This document shows, in pieces, positions 1 through 8,851 of a DNA stretch of 42,047 nucleotides (position 1 is its first letter; each line of letters starts with the position of its first letter). Source of the DNA: Candidatus Levyibacteriota bacterium. GTDB lineage: Bacteria > Patescibacteriota > Microgenomatia > Levybacterales > UBA12049. A program made the position numbers and the translations under genes. Below the pieces are notes generated by a model that searched no databases, was not told the origin of the DNA, and saw only the letters and a program-made list of their open reading frames with translations. The stretch lies in NCBI GenBank assembly GCA_016204535.1, contig JACQKL010000041.1, forward strand, positions 1 through 42,047, written 5' to 3'.

Positions 1-188
1 GAAAAATTTTACTCATGCTCCTACGCAATTATACTTACTTAATGCAAGTATAAAGACAAACTCCTTTCTTAATTTATACACTATTAACATATGCTTCGGA
101 AGCATGACCCTTTCGTAGTTCTGCATTGCAGAACGAAGGAGGGTCACACAAAAATTATACTAAAAAACACGAAGGAGAACAATTAAGC

Positions 189-217
189 TTGTTTGAAGAG
201 TTATTTTGGAGTAAAAT
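189..217 (+). promoter_or_regulatory. candidate promoter of tRNA-Glu
   Basis: TTGTTT 189-194, 17-nt spacer, TAAAAT 212-217. The predicted start is a few nt before the tRNA 5' end. Confidence 0.3.
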
Positions 218-227
218 TGCTGTATAA

Positions 228-302
228 GGCGCGTTCGTCTAGTTGGTCTAGGACGGATCGTTCTCAACGATCAAATCACCGGTTCGAATCCGGTACGCGC
301 TA
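228..302 (+). tRNA. tRNA-Glu (anticodon CUC)
   Basis: Hand-folded cloverleaf. Acceptor GGCGCGT/ACGCGCT (G1-U72 wobble), D stem GTCT/GGAC, anticodon stem GATCG/CGATC with loop TTCTCAA, T arm ACCGG-TTCGAAT-CCGGT, discriminator A. CCA is not encoded. Confidence 0.9.
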
Positions 303-317
303 CAAGGATATGTGAGG

Positions 318-2705
318 TTATGCGTGGAGGACTGCATGTTGATGAGCCGAGGAATCAGACTGTCTTGGTCTCAAAGATTTCTTAAGCGCAATACCTATTA
401 CCTCATCCATGTGAGAAACGAATTTAAAAGTTAAATCCTTTAGAACTTCTTTTGGTAATTCTACTAAATCTTTCTTGTTTTCCTTAGGAATAATAATCGT
501 TTTAAGTCCTGCTCTATGGGCTGCAATTACTTTCTCCTTAAGCCCTCCGATTTCCATAACTCTTCCTCTCAAAGTAATTTCTCCTGTCATTCCAACTTTT
601 CTGTTAACAGGAATTTTTGTTAAAGCCGAAATAATAGCTGAAGTGATAGCGATTCCGGCCGATGGACCGTCTTTGGGGACTGCGCCTTCGGGAACATGTA
701 CGTGTACATCAATTTTTTGGTAAAATTTATCAATTAGGCCAAACTGATTGGCGCGAGCCCTGATATAAGACATTGCCGCTTGACATGATTCTTTCATGAC
801 ATCGCCCAATTGTCCTGTAAGGATAAGCTGTCCTTTTCCTGGCATGAGAGCAACTTCAATAAATAAGATGTCTCCTCCCGCCTCTGTCCAGGCTAAACCA
901 GTGGACATACCAATTTCATCTTTTTTTTCAACCAAAGTTGAACTAATTTTTATCGGACCTAAATATTTTACCACTTCTTTTTCTGTAACTTTTATTTTTT
1001 GCTTTTTGCCTTCCGCTATTTGCTTTGCAACTTTTCTAAGAATTGCCGCAATCTGTCTTTCAAGACTTCTCACGCCTGCTTCTCTTGTGTAATGCTCTAT
1101 TACAAAACGTATCGCATTATCTGTGATTTCAATTTTTTCAGAGGTTAAACCGTGATTTTCTATTTGTTTTTTAAGCAAAAACTCACGAGCAATCTTAAAT
1201 TTCTCGTCCTGTGTATAGCCCGCAAAACTTATAATTTCAAGCCTATCTCTTAAAGCAGGTGGAATTGTGTCTAGTATGTTTGCGGTTGTCACAAACATAA
1301 CGTCTGACAAATCAAATGCGACTTCCAAGTAGTGATCCGAAAACTGATTATTTTGTTCCGGATCTAATGCTTCCAAAAGCGCGGATGACGGATCTCCCCT
1401 AAAATCTGTCCCAACTTTATCGATCTCATCCAGCATAAAGACAGGATTTCTAGTGCCAGCATCTTTGATACCCTGAATTATTCGGCCAGGCAGTGCCCCC
1501 ACATACGTTCTCCTATGTCCTCTTATTTCCGCCTCGTCTCTGATTCCGCCCAACGAAACTCTAACAAATCTCCGTCCCAAACTTCTGGCAATCGATTTTC
1601 CAATCGATGTTTTACCAACCCCTGGCGGCCCTACAAAACAAAGTATCGGACCTTTCATTTTTCCCGAAAGCTTATGAACCGCTAAATACTCCACTATTCT
1701 TTCTTTGGCTTTTTTCAATCCATAATGATCTTCATCCAAAATTTTTTCTGCATTTTTGATATCAACATCATTTTTACTTTTGATTGCCCACGGAAGCGCA
1801 ACCAACCATTCTAAATAATTTCGAACATACCCTGCTTCCGGATTAAATTGGGCCATTTGAGATAGTTTTTTAACTTCTTTTCTGGCTTTCTCTTCAATTT
1901 CGGGTGGCATTTTAGCCTTCTTAATTTTATCCAAAAGCTCTTGTGTTCCGCTCTCATCTTCGTCCCCAAGCTCTTTCTCTATAGTCTTAAGTCTTTCTCG
2001 AAGTATTGCTTCTCTTGCTCCTTTTTCAAATCTTTCTTGGGTCTTAGAGGCAATACGTTTTTCCAGTTCCAGAACTTTTAACTCTTTTGCCAGAAGCTCG
2101 GTAATCTTTTCTAGCCTTTTTTTAACATCGTTAATTTCCAATAATTCTTGGCGTTCAGATGGTTTTATGTCTAAAACTGAGGCAATGAGGTCCGCAAATT
2201 CATAAGGAGAATTGTCAGACATAATATTCATGAAGACCAAAAAATCAACTGTTTTCCCAAGATTCATCGCTCTTCTAAATTCGTTGGTTAAATGATTACA
2301 TAGAGCTTTAATCTGAGGACTATTGTCAACGATATCAGGAATTTCGACTACTTTTGCCATCAGATAAGAGCTCTCTTCAACAACGGAAGTTATTTTAACT
2401 CTGGAAATTCCTCTAACCTGGGCTATTATTTCTCCTTCGGTTCGGGTCATGCGCTCGATCCTCGAAAGGGTTCCGACAGCATACAAATCCGAAGGGGTAG
2501 GATCGTTTAATTTTGAATTCCTCTGAAGAACAAAACAGACAATTCTTTCGCTCTTGAAAGAGGATTCCAGCGCCGCCAAACTCTTGGGTCTTCCAAAAGT
2601 CAACACCGAATCTGTATTGGGAAATATTACTCCGTCGCGTATTGGAATTAATGGTACTAGCTTCTCCATGTTTAGCAGTCTATCATACGATCTGCTAATT
2701 GTCAA
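318..2705 (-). CDS. lon: ATP-dependent Lon protease (LonA type)
   Basis: 795-aa ORF with an N-terminal LON substrate domain, Walker A GPPGVGKTS, Walker B FMLDEIDK and proteolytic Ser motif PKDGPSAGIA. Confidence 0.97.
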   Translation of the reverse strand: MTISRSYDRLLNMEKLVPLIPIRDGVIFPNTDSVLTFGRPKSLAALESSFKSERIVCFVLQRNSKLNDPTPSDLYAVGTLSRIERMTRTEGEIIAQVRGISRVKITSVVEESSYLMAKVVEIPDIVDNSPQIKALCNHLTNEFRRAMNLGKTVDFLVFMNIMSDNSPYEFADLIASVLDIKPSERQELLEINDVKKRLEKITELLAKELKVLELEKRIASKTQERFEKGAREAILRERLKTIEKELGDEDESGTQELLDKIKKAKMPPEIEEKARKEVKKLSQMAQFNPEAGYVRNYLEWLVALPWAIKSKNDVDIKNAEKILDEDHYGLKKAKERIVEYLAVHKLSGKMKGPILCFVGPPGVGKTSIGKSIARSLGRRFVRVSLGGIRDEAEIRGHRRTYVGALPGRIIQGIKDAGTRNPVFMLDEIDKVGTDFRGDPSSALLEALDPEQNNQFSDHYLEVAFDLSDVMFVTTANILDTIPPALRDRLEIISFAGYTQDEKFKIAREFLLKKQIENHGLTSEKIEITDNAIRFVIEHYTREAGVRSLERQIAAILRKVAKQIAEGKKQKIKVTEKEVVKYLGPIKISSTLVEKKDEIGMSTGLAWTEAGGDILFIEVALMPGKGQLILTGQLGDVMKESCQAAMSYIRARANQFGLIDKFYQKIDVHVHVPEGAVPKDGPSAGIAITSAIISALTKIPVNRKVGMTGEITLRGRVMEIGGLKEKVIAAHRAGLKTIIIPKENKKDLVELPKEVLKDLTFKFVSHMDEVIGIALKKSLRPRQSDSSAHQHAVLHA

Positions 2706-2721
2706 TGACCTATAATAGAAA

Positions 2722-3438
2722 TCATTGACTCAACCTCTTTGTTCCCCAGACCGTATATTGCCTTCTTACCTCAGGTTTCGGATCTGCAATTCCCGGAGAC
2801 TCTATTGACTCTCCTCTTGTTTGCACTGAAGTAAATCCTGCTTTGGTAAATAATTCTATTAGCTCATCCTCTGTAAAGTGCTTTACGATAAGCTCTTTAT
2901 CTCCTCTTTTTATAATTCTAGTTCCACGCTCATGAGTATTTTTTTCTGCATCTTCATACTTCTTAAGCTTTTCAGGGTCATTATTATACTTAAATTCTGC
3001 CACAGCTACTGTCCCACCAGGCATGACAACACGTAAGGCTTCTGCCATTAGTTTTTCTCTTACCTCGGGCTCCACTCCACCAAGAACTCCAACCATAACA
3101 ATGTTGTCAAAGCTATTGTCGAGAAACCTTAGTTTCGTACCGTTCATCACCTCAAACCTTGCAGTCGGATCATCACGATGTTCTTTGGCATATCCGATTG
3201 CTGCGCGGTTAATATCCACTCCTGTAGCCTCGATATTTTTTCTAGCTAAGTATTTAAGCACTCTTCCTGGACCACATCCAACCTCAAGAACTTTACTCCC
3301 AAAGGGTATTGTCTGAACAAAATCTCCCGCTAATCTTAATGAACCAGGAATATCGTAGCCATTTGGGTAATTTATAAGCCACAATTTTTCCCTTGGAGTT
3401 AGATCCAGTAATTCACCGTTTGTTTCTCTTTCTGTCAT
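2722..3438 (-). CDS. class I SAM-dependent methyltransferase
   Basis: 238 aa with SAM-binding motif I VLEVGCGPGR and downstream acidic loop GVDIN. The substrate cannot be told from sequence. Confidence 0.85.
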   Translation of the reverse strand: MTERETNGELLDLTPREKLWLINYPNGYDIPGSLRLAGDFVQTIPFGSKVLEVGCGPGRVLKYLARKNIEATGVDINRAAIGYAKEHRDDPTARFEVMNGTKLRFLDNSFDNIVMVGVLGGVEPEVREKLMAEALRVVMPGGTVAVAEFKYNNDPEKLKKYEDAEKNTHERGTRIIKRGDKELIVKHFTEDELIELFTKAGFTSVQTRGESIESPGIADPKPEVRRQYTVWGTKRLSQ

Positions 3439-3446
3439 AATTTTTC

Positions 3447-3475
3447 AGTTTAGCAAATTTTAAACAAAAATGCAA
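3447..3475 (-). promoter_or_regulatory. candidate promoter of the methyltransferase-lon unit (leaderless layout)
   Basis: On the minus strand: TTGCAT (3470-3475), 17-nt spacer ending in TGC, TAAACT (3447-3452), then 8 nt to ATG at 3438. Confidence 0.45.
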
Positions 3476-3512
3476 ACTATAGGTTGACATACGTCTTTTA
3501 TTAATTATGGGC

Positions 3513-3540
3513 TTGACAATTACGCAGTTAGGTCTAAAAT
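3513..3540 (+). promoter_or_regulatory. candidate corA promoter
   Basis: TTGACA 3513-3518, 16-nt spacer, TAAAAT 3535-3540. A TATAAT also lies at 3542-3547. ATG is at 3557. Confidence 0.4.
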
Positions 3541-3556
3541 CTATAATATAGAGGTT

Positions 3557-4534
3557 ATGAATGTTCAAAGTGTTACCTTTCAGGGTTTGTCTTTTGTAAA
3601 TATCTCCAAACCAACAGACTTCGAAATTAAATTTCTTAAAAATACGTATTACTTTAATTCGCTAAACCTGGAAGATTATATGCATAAAGCACAGATACCA
3701 AAAATTGAGAATCATAGAAGATATGATCTAATTATCCTTAGATTTCCTCTTTTTAGCGAAAACAGCATACAGAACGCCCATCAATATGGGGTATATCTTC
3801 CCACTTTTCGTTCTCCCGTCAAAAAAAGAAGACTGGTCAGCAGTTACGTAAATTTCTTTATCTCCAAAGAGTATGTGGTAGTTCTTCATGACGGAGATCT
3901 TTCCCCAATTAACAACATATTTTCTCTTTGTCAAAAAACTATTCATGCACGCACTGATTATATGTCAAAAGGGACGGTATTTCTTGCTTATAAAATTATT
4001 GACGCCTTAGCGGATAATTGCTTTCCGGTCATAAATGAGATTACTTCTACAATAGACAGAATCGACAAAGAATTGGAAGAAAAACAAGATCAAAAGACAC
4101 TAGAAAATATTTCAACTACCAGAAGAAATTTGGTAGTATTTCATACTATGCTTAAGCCCGTTCTGTCCATATTTAAGGAGCTAGAAAAAGGAAAACACGA
4201 AAGACTCAATAGCTCAATGTTGCCCTTTTGGAGTAATGTACTAGACCACTTACAAAAAATTATGGATAGACTGGAAGATAATCAGGAGCTTATCGAGGGA
4301 ATCTCCAGCAGTAACGAATCTTTCCTTATGACCAGGACAAACGTAATTATTAAAGTTTTAACTATTATCACGGTTTTTATTATGCCTTTGAATCTTCTTG
4401 CAGGCATGTATGGAATGAATATTGTAGGATTACCTTTCGCCCAACATCCTTCAGCCTTTTTAATCATGGTGGCAGTGATGATCTCTCTTGCGATTCCACT
4501 ACTGATTATCTTTAAGATAAAACGCTGGTTCTAG
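3557..4534 (+). CDS. corA: CorA-family magnesium/cobalt transporter
   Basis: 325 aa with two C-terminal TM helices joined by the signature GMYGMN (YGMN motif) and a long cytoplasmic N-domain. Confidence 0.9.
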   Translation: MNVQSVTFQGLSFVNISKPTDFEIKFLKNTYYFNSLNLEDYMHKAQIPKIENHRRYDLIILRFPLFSENSIQNAHQYGVYLPTFRSPVKKRRLVSSYVNFFISKEYVVVLHDGDLSPINNIFSLCQKTIHARTDYMSKGTVFLAYKIIDALADNCFPVINEITSTIDRIDKELEEKQDQKTLENISTTRRNLVVFHTMLKPVLSIFKELEKGKHERLNSSMLPFWSNVLDHLQKIMDRLEDNQELIEGISSSNESFLMTRTNVIIKVLTIITVFIMPLNLLAGMYGMNIVGLPFAQHPSAFLIMVAVMISLAIPLLIIFKIKRWF

Positions 4535-5091
4535 CCACAAATATTATCTGCCCACAATCCTTTTTTGTTTTCCCTTGCTTGCCTTTCTGCTATTTTAAAC
4601 TCTAACTGATATTTATAAGGATTACTATTGTACGTATATTCATGAGCGTAACCCTCAAGAATCATAAATTTATTGAAGTTTGTGTAATCTTCCAAAAAAA
4701 CATAACGAAGAAGTCTTCCATATTTATCCTTATTCCCCTGCGTAGAATCTGATTCTAGCCTCACATTTTTCCCGTTCAAAATCTCTTTTGCCTTATTCGA
4801 AGCCTCAATCCCAAAACACTCAACAGTTTTTCTTGGATCCACAACCTCCGGCGTATCAATACCAATCAGCCTTACTGTTTCCTCTTTATTGTTGACCAAA
4901 ACTTTGATTGTATCTCCGTCAACAACTTTTGTTACCTTAAACGTTTCTTTGACTGAAGATTCTAAGTTTTGTTGGGATGGTTGAATAATTTTGTCCAGCT
5001 TTAAACCAGAATTATTTAAAAGAACAAAAATAACAACCAGGATGGCAAAAAGAAGATGCGGCAAAATTTTTCTATATTTCACAAATGCCAA
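4531..5091 (-). CDS. thermonuclease (staphylococcal nuclease/SNase family), membrane anchored or secreted
   Basis: 186 aa with an N-terminal hydrophobic anchor and SNase motifs DGDTIKV, VRLIGIDTPE and YGRLLRYV. The ORF-track start is TTG. The 3' end overlaps the corA stop by 4 nt (convergent). Confidence 0.85.
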   Translation of the reverse strand: MAFVKYRKILPHLLFAILVVIFVLLNNSGLKLDKIIQPSQQNLESSVKETFKVTKVVDGDTIKVLVNNKEETVRLIGIDTPEVVDPRKTVECFGIEASNKAKEILNGKNVRLESDSTQGNKDKYGRLLRYVFLEDYTNFNKFMILEGYAHEYTYNSNPYKYQLEFKIAERQARENKKGLWADNICG

Positions 5092-5109
5092 AAAGTATAG
5101 TTTGATCTG

Positions 5110-5138
5110 TTGACAGAATTCTACAAAGAAAGTATATT
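5110..5138 (+). promoter_or_regulatory. consensus-like promoter, leaderless layout
   Basis: TTGACA 5110-5115, 17-nt spacer, TATATT 5133-5138, then 6 nt to ATG 5145. Confidence 0.55.
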
Positions 5139-5144
5139 AATTTT

Positions 5145-5357
5145 ATGTTAACAAAAAATGATTTGCAACAAATAAGAGGAGTAATTAAAGAGGAAAATAA
5201 TCCTATGCAAAAAGAGTTAAAAAAACACGGTAAACTCCTACGCTCTCTAAAGAAAGATCAAAATACTATGCTTGGCATGTTAGACAAAGAACAAATGCAA
5301 CAGCGAAAAAGACTAAAGCGAGTCGAAGATAACCTCGGTCTTGCTCCAATCTCGTAG
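5145..5357 (+). CDS. hypothetical small charged coiled-coil protein (70 aa)
   Basis: The ORF starts exactly where the promoter at 5110-5138 predicts a transcript start. Lys/Glu/Gln-rich helical composition. No recognised family. Confidence 0.55.
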   Translation: MLTKNDLQQIRGVIKEENNPMQKELKKHGKLLRSLKKDQNTMLGMLDKEQMQQRKRLKRVEDNLGLAPIS

Positions 5358-5407
5358 GTCGCACGCCTGCCACCTCGCAAGTTAATGTTCTCTAAATTTG
5401 TGTTTCT

Positions 5408-5779
5408 TTACACGAGGGCACCGTGTTTGGAAATAAACTGCGCTGTTGCGCTCGATAAGAAAAGTTTCTTCAATTCTCTAAGACTAAAAAAATTAAACAG
5501 CTGATTTTCTGACCGCTCTATCCTATTTACATTATCATCCGTTAGTCTGGCGTGATAGCAAGATTCCGATACAAATTCAACTTTTCCAATTTTTATACCC
5601 ATTTCTTTCTCTACTTGCCTAGTCATTGTATTTTCTAAAGATTCTTTTTTCTCTTTAATTCCGCCAATAAAACACCATGGGTGCTTTTCTTTATCCATTG
5701 GGCTATCTTTTTTACGCATAAGAAGTGCTTTGCCTTTGTAGGTCAGGAGGATTAAACTTTGGAGAATTTTATCATCCAT
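5408..5779 (-). CDS. NUDIX hydrolase
   Basis: 123 aa. Nudix box GGIKEKKESLENTMTRQVEKEMGI fits GX5EX7REUXEEXGU. TATAAT (minus, 5786-5791) lies 6 nt before the ATG. Confidence 0.8.
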   Translation of the reverse strand: MDDKILQSLILLTYKGKALLMRKKDSPMDKEKHPWCFIGGIKEKKESLENTMTRQVEKEMGIKIGKVEFVSESCYHARLTDDNVNRIERSENQLFNFFSLRELKKLFLSSATAQFISKHGALV

Positions 5780-6003
5780 AAATACATTATAGTCTTATTG
5801 GGAATAAAAATGGTGAGAAGAATAAGAAAGATTAATCGTACGTTCCAGAATCTGCTGCCGAGCAAGAATCGCTCCCCACCTGGAAGGTGGGAGGAAAGGT
5901 GCATGCTTTGAGTATAGCAAAAGATTGAATATTATATAGTATCTGGCAACGGTGTTCCACAACACCCGGTGTTGATTAGCTTTGAACCTAAGGAATTATG
6001 TTG

Positions 6004-6074
6004 CTACGGGACTAGGATTCGAACCTAGATAATGGGATTCAGAGTCCCATGTCCTACCATTAGACGATCCCGTA
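6004..6074 (-). tRNA. tRNA-Gln (anticodon CUG)
   Basis: Reverse complement folds as a cloverleaf. Acceptor TACGGGA/TCCCGTA with U1-A72 (typical of bacterial tRNA-Gln), anticodon stem TGGGA/TCCCA with loop CTCTGAA, T arm CTAGG-TTCGAAT-CCTAG, discriminator G. CCA is not encoded. Confidence 0.9.
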
Positions 6075-6357
6075 TTCCTGCCCTAATTTTATCAGATATC
6101 CCCACTCGCCACAAACTCAACTTGCTCTTGCAAATAAAGACATCACTTGCTAATGTAAAACTTAATTTATGAGGGAAGAAAACCCCGAAGGGATTAACTT
6201 GGTACGTAAAGTCTTGGAAGAAAACTTAGAAAGATTTAGACAAGTCAACAAAACCTCCGTTTACACCTCAAAGGTGTAAACAGTGTAGGTAGAGCAAAAG
6301 TGCAAATTATACCCACAACACAATTAAAGGTATACCAGTATATCTTTAATTGACAAT

Positions 6358-6549
6358 TCACTTTACCAACATTTTATTTAATTCACTTTCGCTTTGAAAA
6401 GTTTGATCCGGCATTCTTTTTAATTCATTCAGCACTTCAGGCGAGACATCTTCTCCGTTGCAAGCCGCCACAATCTCTGCCTTGGAAGCCGGCCAAATAA
6501 TGTGACTTCTCAAATGATCTACGTGTTGGTCCCATTGCTTTTGAGTCAT
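6358..6549 (-). CDS. DUF2795-like small protein
   Basis: The sequence WPASKAEIVAACNGEDVSPEVLNELKRMPDQTF resembles DUF2795 proteins. I place the start at ATG 6549 because AAGGAGGTG sits 6 nt upstream. The ORF-track GTG at 6558 lies inside that SD. Confidence 0.65.
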   Translation of the reverse strand: MTQKQWDQHVDHLRSHIIWPASKAEIVAACNGEDVSPEVLNELKRMPDQTFQSESELNKMLVK

Positions 6550-6653
6550 GATTATCACCTCCTTTTCAGAACTAAGGATATCTCAAGCTCGTTTTTTTAT
6601 CCGTAACCTAGAATACAATCTTTACTTATTGAAAGTTTTGGTATAATACTTTC

Positions 6654-7103
6654 GTGAAAAGCAAGAAAACTAAAACGATAACAGTTTGCGCCAGCGCCTC
6701 CTTTGTAAAAGAAGTTTTAATACTTGAAGAAGAACTCAAGAAATTAGGATACAAAGTTTTAATTCCTATTACCGCTTACGAAATGAAAAAGAAAAATGAT
6801 TATAACGTGGGTCATTATAAGACTTGGTTTAAAAATTCTAAAGATTATAAAATAAAAACAAAATTAATGAATGATCATTTCAAAAAAGTTATTAAGGCTG
6901 ATGCGATACTTGTCGTAAATAACGAAAAACGAGGACTCGCAGGTTACATTGGCGGAAATACGCTTATGGAAATGACACTGGCCTATTACTTCAAAAAACC
7001 GATTTTTATTCTAAATGAAATTTCTAACAAACTTCCCATCAAAGAAGAAGTATTGGGGGTTAATCCCATATTCCTAAAAGGCTCCATTAAAAACTTGCTA
7101 TAA
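6654..7103 (+). CDS. nucleoside 2-deoxyribosyltransferase-like (flavodoxin-like fold) protein, function uncertain
   Basis: 149 aa. The N-terminal beta-strand/Ala-Ser motif ITVCASASF and C-terminal GGNTLMEMTLAYYFKKPIFIL resemble the NDT / DUF4406-type fold. GTG start lies 6 nt after TGGTATAAT (6639-6647). Confidence 0.4.
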   Translation: MKSKKTKTITVCASASFVKEVLILEEELKKLGYKVLIPITAYEMKKKNDYNVGHYKTWFKNSKDYKIKTKLMNDHFKKVIKADAILVVNNEKRGLAGYIGGNTLMEMTLAYYFKKPIFILNEISNKLPIKEEVLGVNPIFLKGSIKNLL

Positions 7104-7212
7104 TTAGCTCATGCAACAGTATCCCGAACCAATTGTTGGAGCTTTTATAATAAATCCGCAAAGAAGCATTAAAACTTCCCCTAGAAAAATACACCAAGCT
7201 CACAATCGAAAA

Positions 7213-7464
7213 TTACATTTTGTAAATTGCTGTGCCGTCTTTGGCAACTTGGTCAACTTTTACAGCTATTTCTTCTCCTTTTTTGCCTTCATTAACCTGC
7301 TCGTGTTCTAGCTGCATCGATGCAATAGTTTGCTCAAAAGATTTATCGCCCTTCTCAAATTTTACTTTATCTCCAACTTTCAAACCCTTTTCAAGCTTAA
7401 TAACTGCAACTCCGATTTTATCGTAATAATGAATTACTTTCCCTACCAAATCTTTTTTGTCCAT
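7213..7464 (-). CDS. small beta-barrel protein resembling EF-Tu domain 2 (translation elongation factor-like protein)
   Basis: 83 aa. VGKVIHYYDKIGVAVIKLEKGLKVGDKVKF...GEEIAVKV is typical of the stand-alone EF-Tu_D2-like barrels. SD-like GGGGGGTGAG lies upstream. Confidence 0.55.
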   Translation of the reverse strand: MDKKDLVGKVIHYYDKIGVAVIKLEKGLKVGDKVKFEKGDKSFEQTIASMQLEHEQVNEGKKGEEIAVKVDQVAKDGTAIYKM

Positions 7465-7535
7465 CCCTTTCTCACCCCCCTTGTCCGTTTATCCTTATTG
7501 TCTTTACACTTTTACTTTAGTATTATCAAGTCACC

Positions 7536-8225
7536 GTGTCAATAATGAAATATATATTGGAATGGATCGTTGAATATGTTCTTATTATTCTGCATTTTCC
7601 TTTAACGATACTGAATTTTTTCTTACCAAATGCTCCGGTCAAAGAATCACGCCTTCAAATACCAATTATTCTGGTTGAGCGCTGGCTAAAAAGAAATCCT
7701 TTGCATTTTTTTATGAAAAAGTTCTTAGAGAAAAACGGCTTTACTGTCTACAGCATTAATTTTCCGTTATTAAAAGGGAATTTTTCAGAAAGCGCAAAAG
7801 CATTAAAACAATTTATTCAAGAAAAAAAATTATCAAATATAATTCTGGTTGGAATTAGTTGTGGAGGACTCACCTGTTATGAATATTTAACTAATTATAA
7901 TGGTTGGGAAAAAACAAAAAAATTTATTAGCGTAGGAACGCCATTCCAAGGCGCAAAGCTTGGCTTTCTTTTATTTTTTATGAATGCCGGCAAAGAACTT
8001 TCCCCTAAAGGTTCTTATATTCAATCTCTTCTTAAAAATCCTCAAGTAAATTCTGATAAAATTTATTGTCTTGGAGCAAAATACGATGAGTTGGTGGGAT
8101 ATAAAAATAGTTTTATTCTCAATACTAAACAGATTGTTATTGATGTCGCCGGCCACAACTTCTTACATACACTCTGGATTCCAACCCTAGAAAAAATTAA
8201 AAATATTTGCCTTGCCTCACGCTAA
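7536..8225 (+). CDS. alpha/beta hydrolase (lipase/esterase-like) with N-terminal TM segment
   Basis: 229 aa with nucleophile elbow GISCGG (GxSxG). Upstream TTGTCT-17-TATTAT (7498-7526). The start could be GTG 7536 or ATG 7545. Confidence 0.6.
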   Translation: MSIMKYILEWIVEYVLIILHFPLTILNFFLPNAPVKESRLQIPIILVERWLKRNPLHFFMKKFLEKNGFTVYSINFPLLKGNFSESAKALKQFIQEKKLSNIILVGISCGGLTCYEYLTNYNGWEKTKKFISVGTPFQGAKLGFLLFFMNAGKELSPKGSYIQSLLKNPQVNSDKIYCLGAKYDELVGYKNSFILNTKQIVIDVAGHNFLHTLWIPTLEKIKNICLASR

Positions 8226-8296
8226 CAAAATCCTGCCCAGCCAATTACTTTGGATTCAAACTGTAGTATAGTTTTATTTTTGCTATAATAAATCAA

Positions 8297-8851
8297 GTGC
8301 GATTATTCAAGAATTATAAATACAAAGGTCTCACTCTTATTTTCATAAGCATCGTGCTCACGATTTTCTTATCTAAATATAACTTTTTAAATGATGGTCT
8401 TTTTAATCTTCGCCACATTCCCCTTATTGGCTCTTTTATTGCTGGTGTATTTTACGTATCGGCATCTACGGCTGCCCTTGGAATATTAATGCTTTCAGAT
8501 TTATCAAAAACATTACATCCGATTGAAATTGCGATAATTGCAGGATTAGGCGGAGCTGTTGCGGATCTTGTTATTTTTCGTTTTTTTAGGAACGACGTAC
8601 TTTCGGAAATTACCCCTATTTATAATAAGCTAGGTGGCCAGCATCTTACTAAATTGATGTGCCATAAGTATTTAAGATGGAGTCTTCCGATAGTTGGAGC
8701 AATTATTATTGCTTCCCCTTTTCCTGACGAGTTGGGGATCAGCTTAATGGGAATATCGAAAATAAAAAGTTTCCAATTTGTCATATTGTCTTTTATTCTT
8801 GATGCAACAGGGGTTTTTCTTCTAGTTTCCGCTTTTTCTTTAATAAAATAG
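8297..8851 (+). CDS. hypothetical polytopic membrane protein
   Basis: 184 aa with 4-5 hydrophobic helices. GTG start lies 7 nt after TGCTATAAT (8281-8289). Confidence 0.55.
   Translation: MRLFKNYKYKGLTLIFISIVLTIFLSKYNFLNDGLFNLRHIPLIGSFIAGVFYVSASTAALGILMLSDLSKTLHPIEIAIIAGLGGAVADLVIFRFFRNDVLSEITPIYNKLGGQHLTKLMCHKYLRWSLPIVGAIIIASPFPDELGISLMGISKIKSFQFVILSFILDATGVFLLVSAFSLIK

Noticed and set aside
475-1092. ORF-track entries lying antisense to or inside well-supported genes. Examples: 475-723 and 796-1092 in lon, 3023-3316, 3728-3946, 10493-10780, 15050-15451, 23450-23968, 34129-34443, 36982-37449 and 41244-41600.
   Set aside because: Each is fully contained in a longer ORF with clear family motifs on the other strand or frame. 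They have no start-site signals and low-complexity or implausible composition, so I treat them as shadow ORFs.
7111-7311. A 66-aa ORF whose first 17 residues (MQQYPEPIVGAFIINPQ) resemble the N-terminus of a Nudix hydrolase.
   Set aside because: The similarity ends after about 17 residues and no Nudix box appears in any frame. The ORF then runs antisense into the 83-aa gene at 7213-7464. At most it is a decayed remnant, with too little evidence to annotate.
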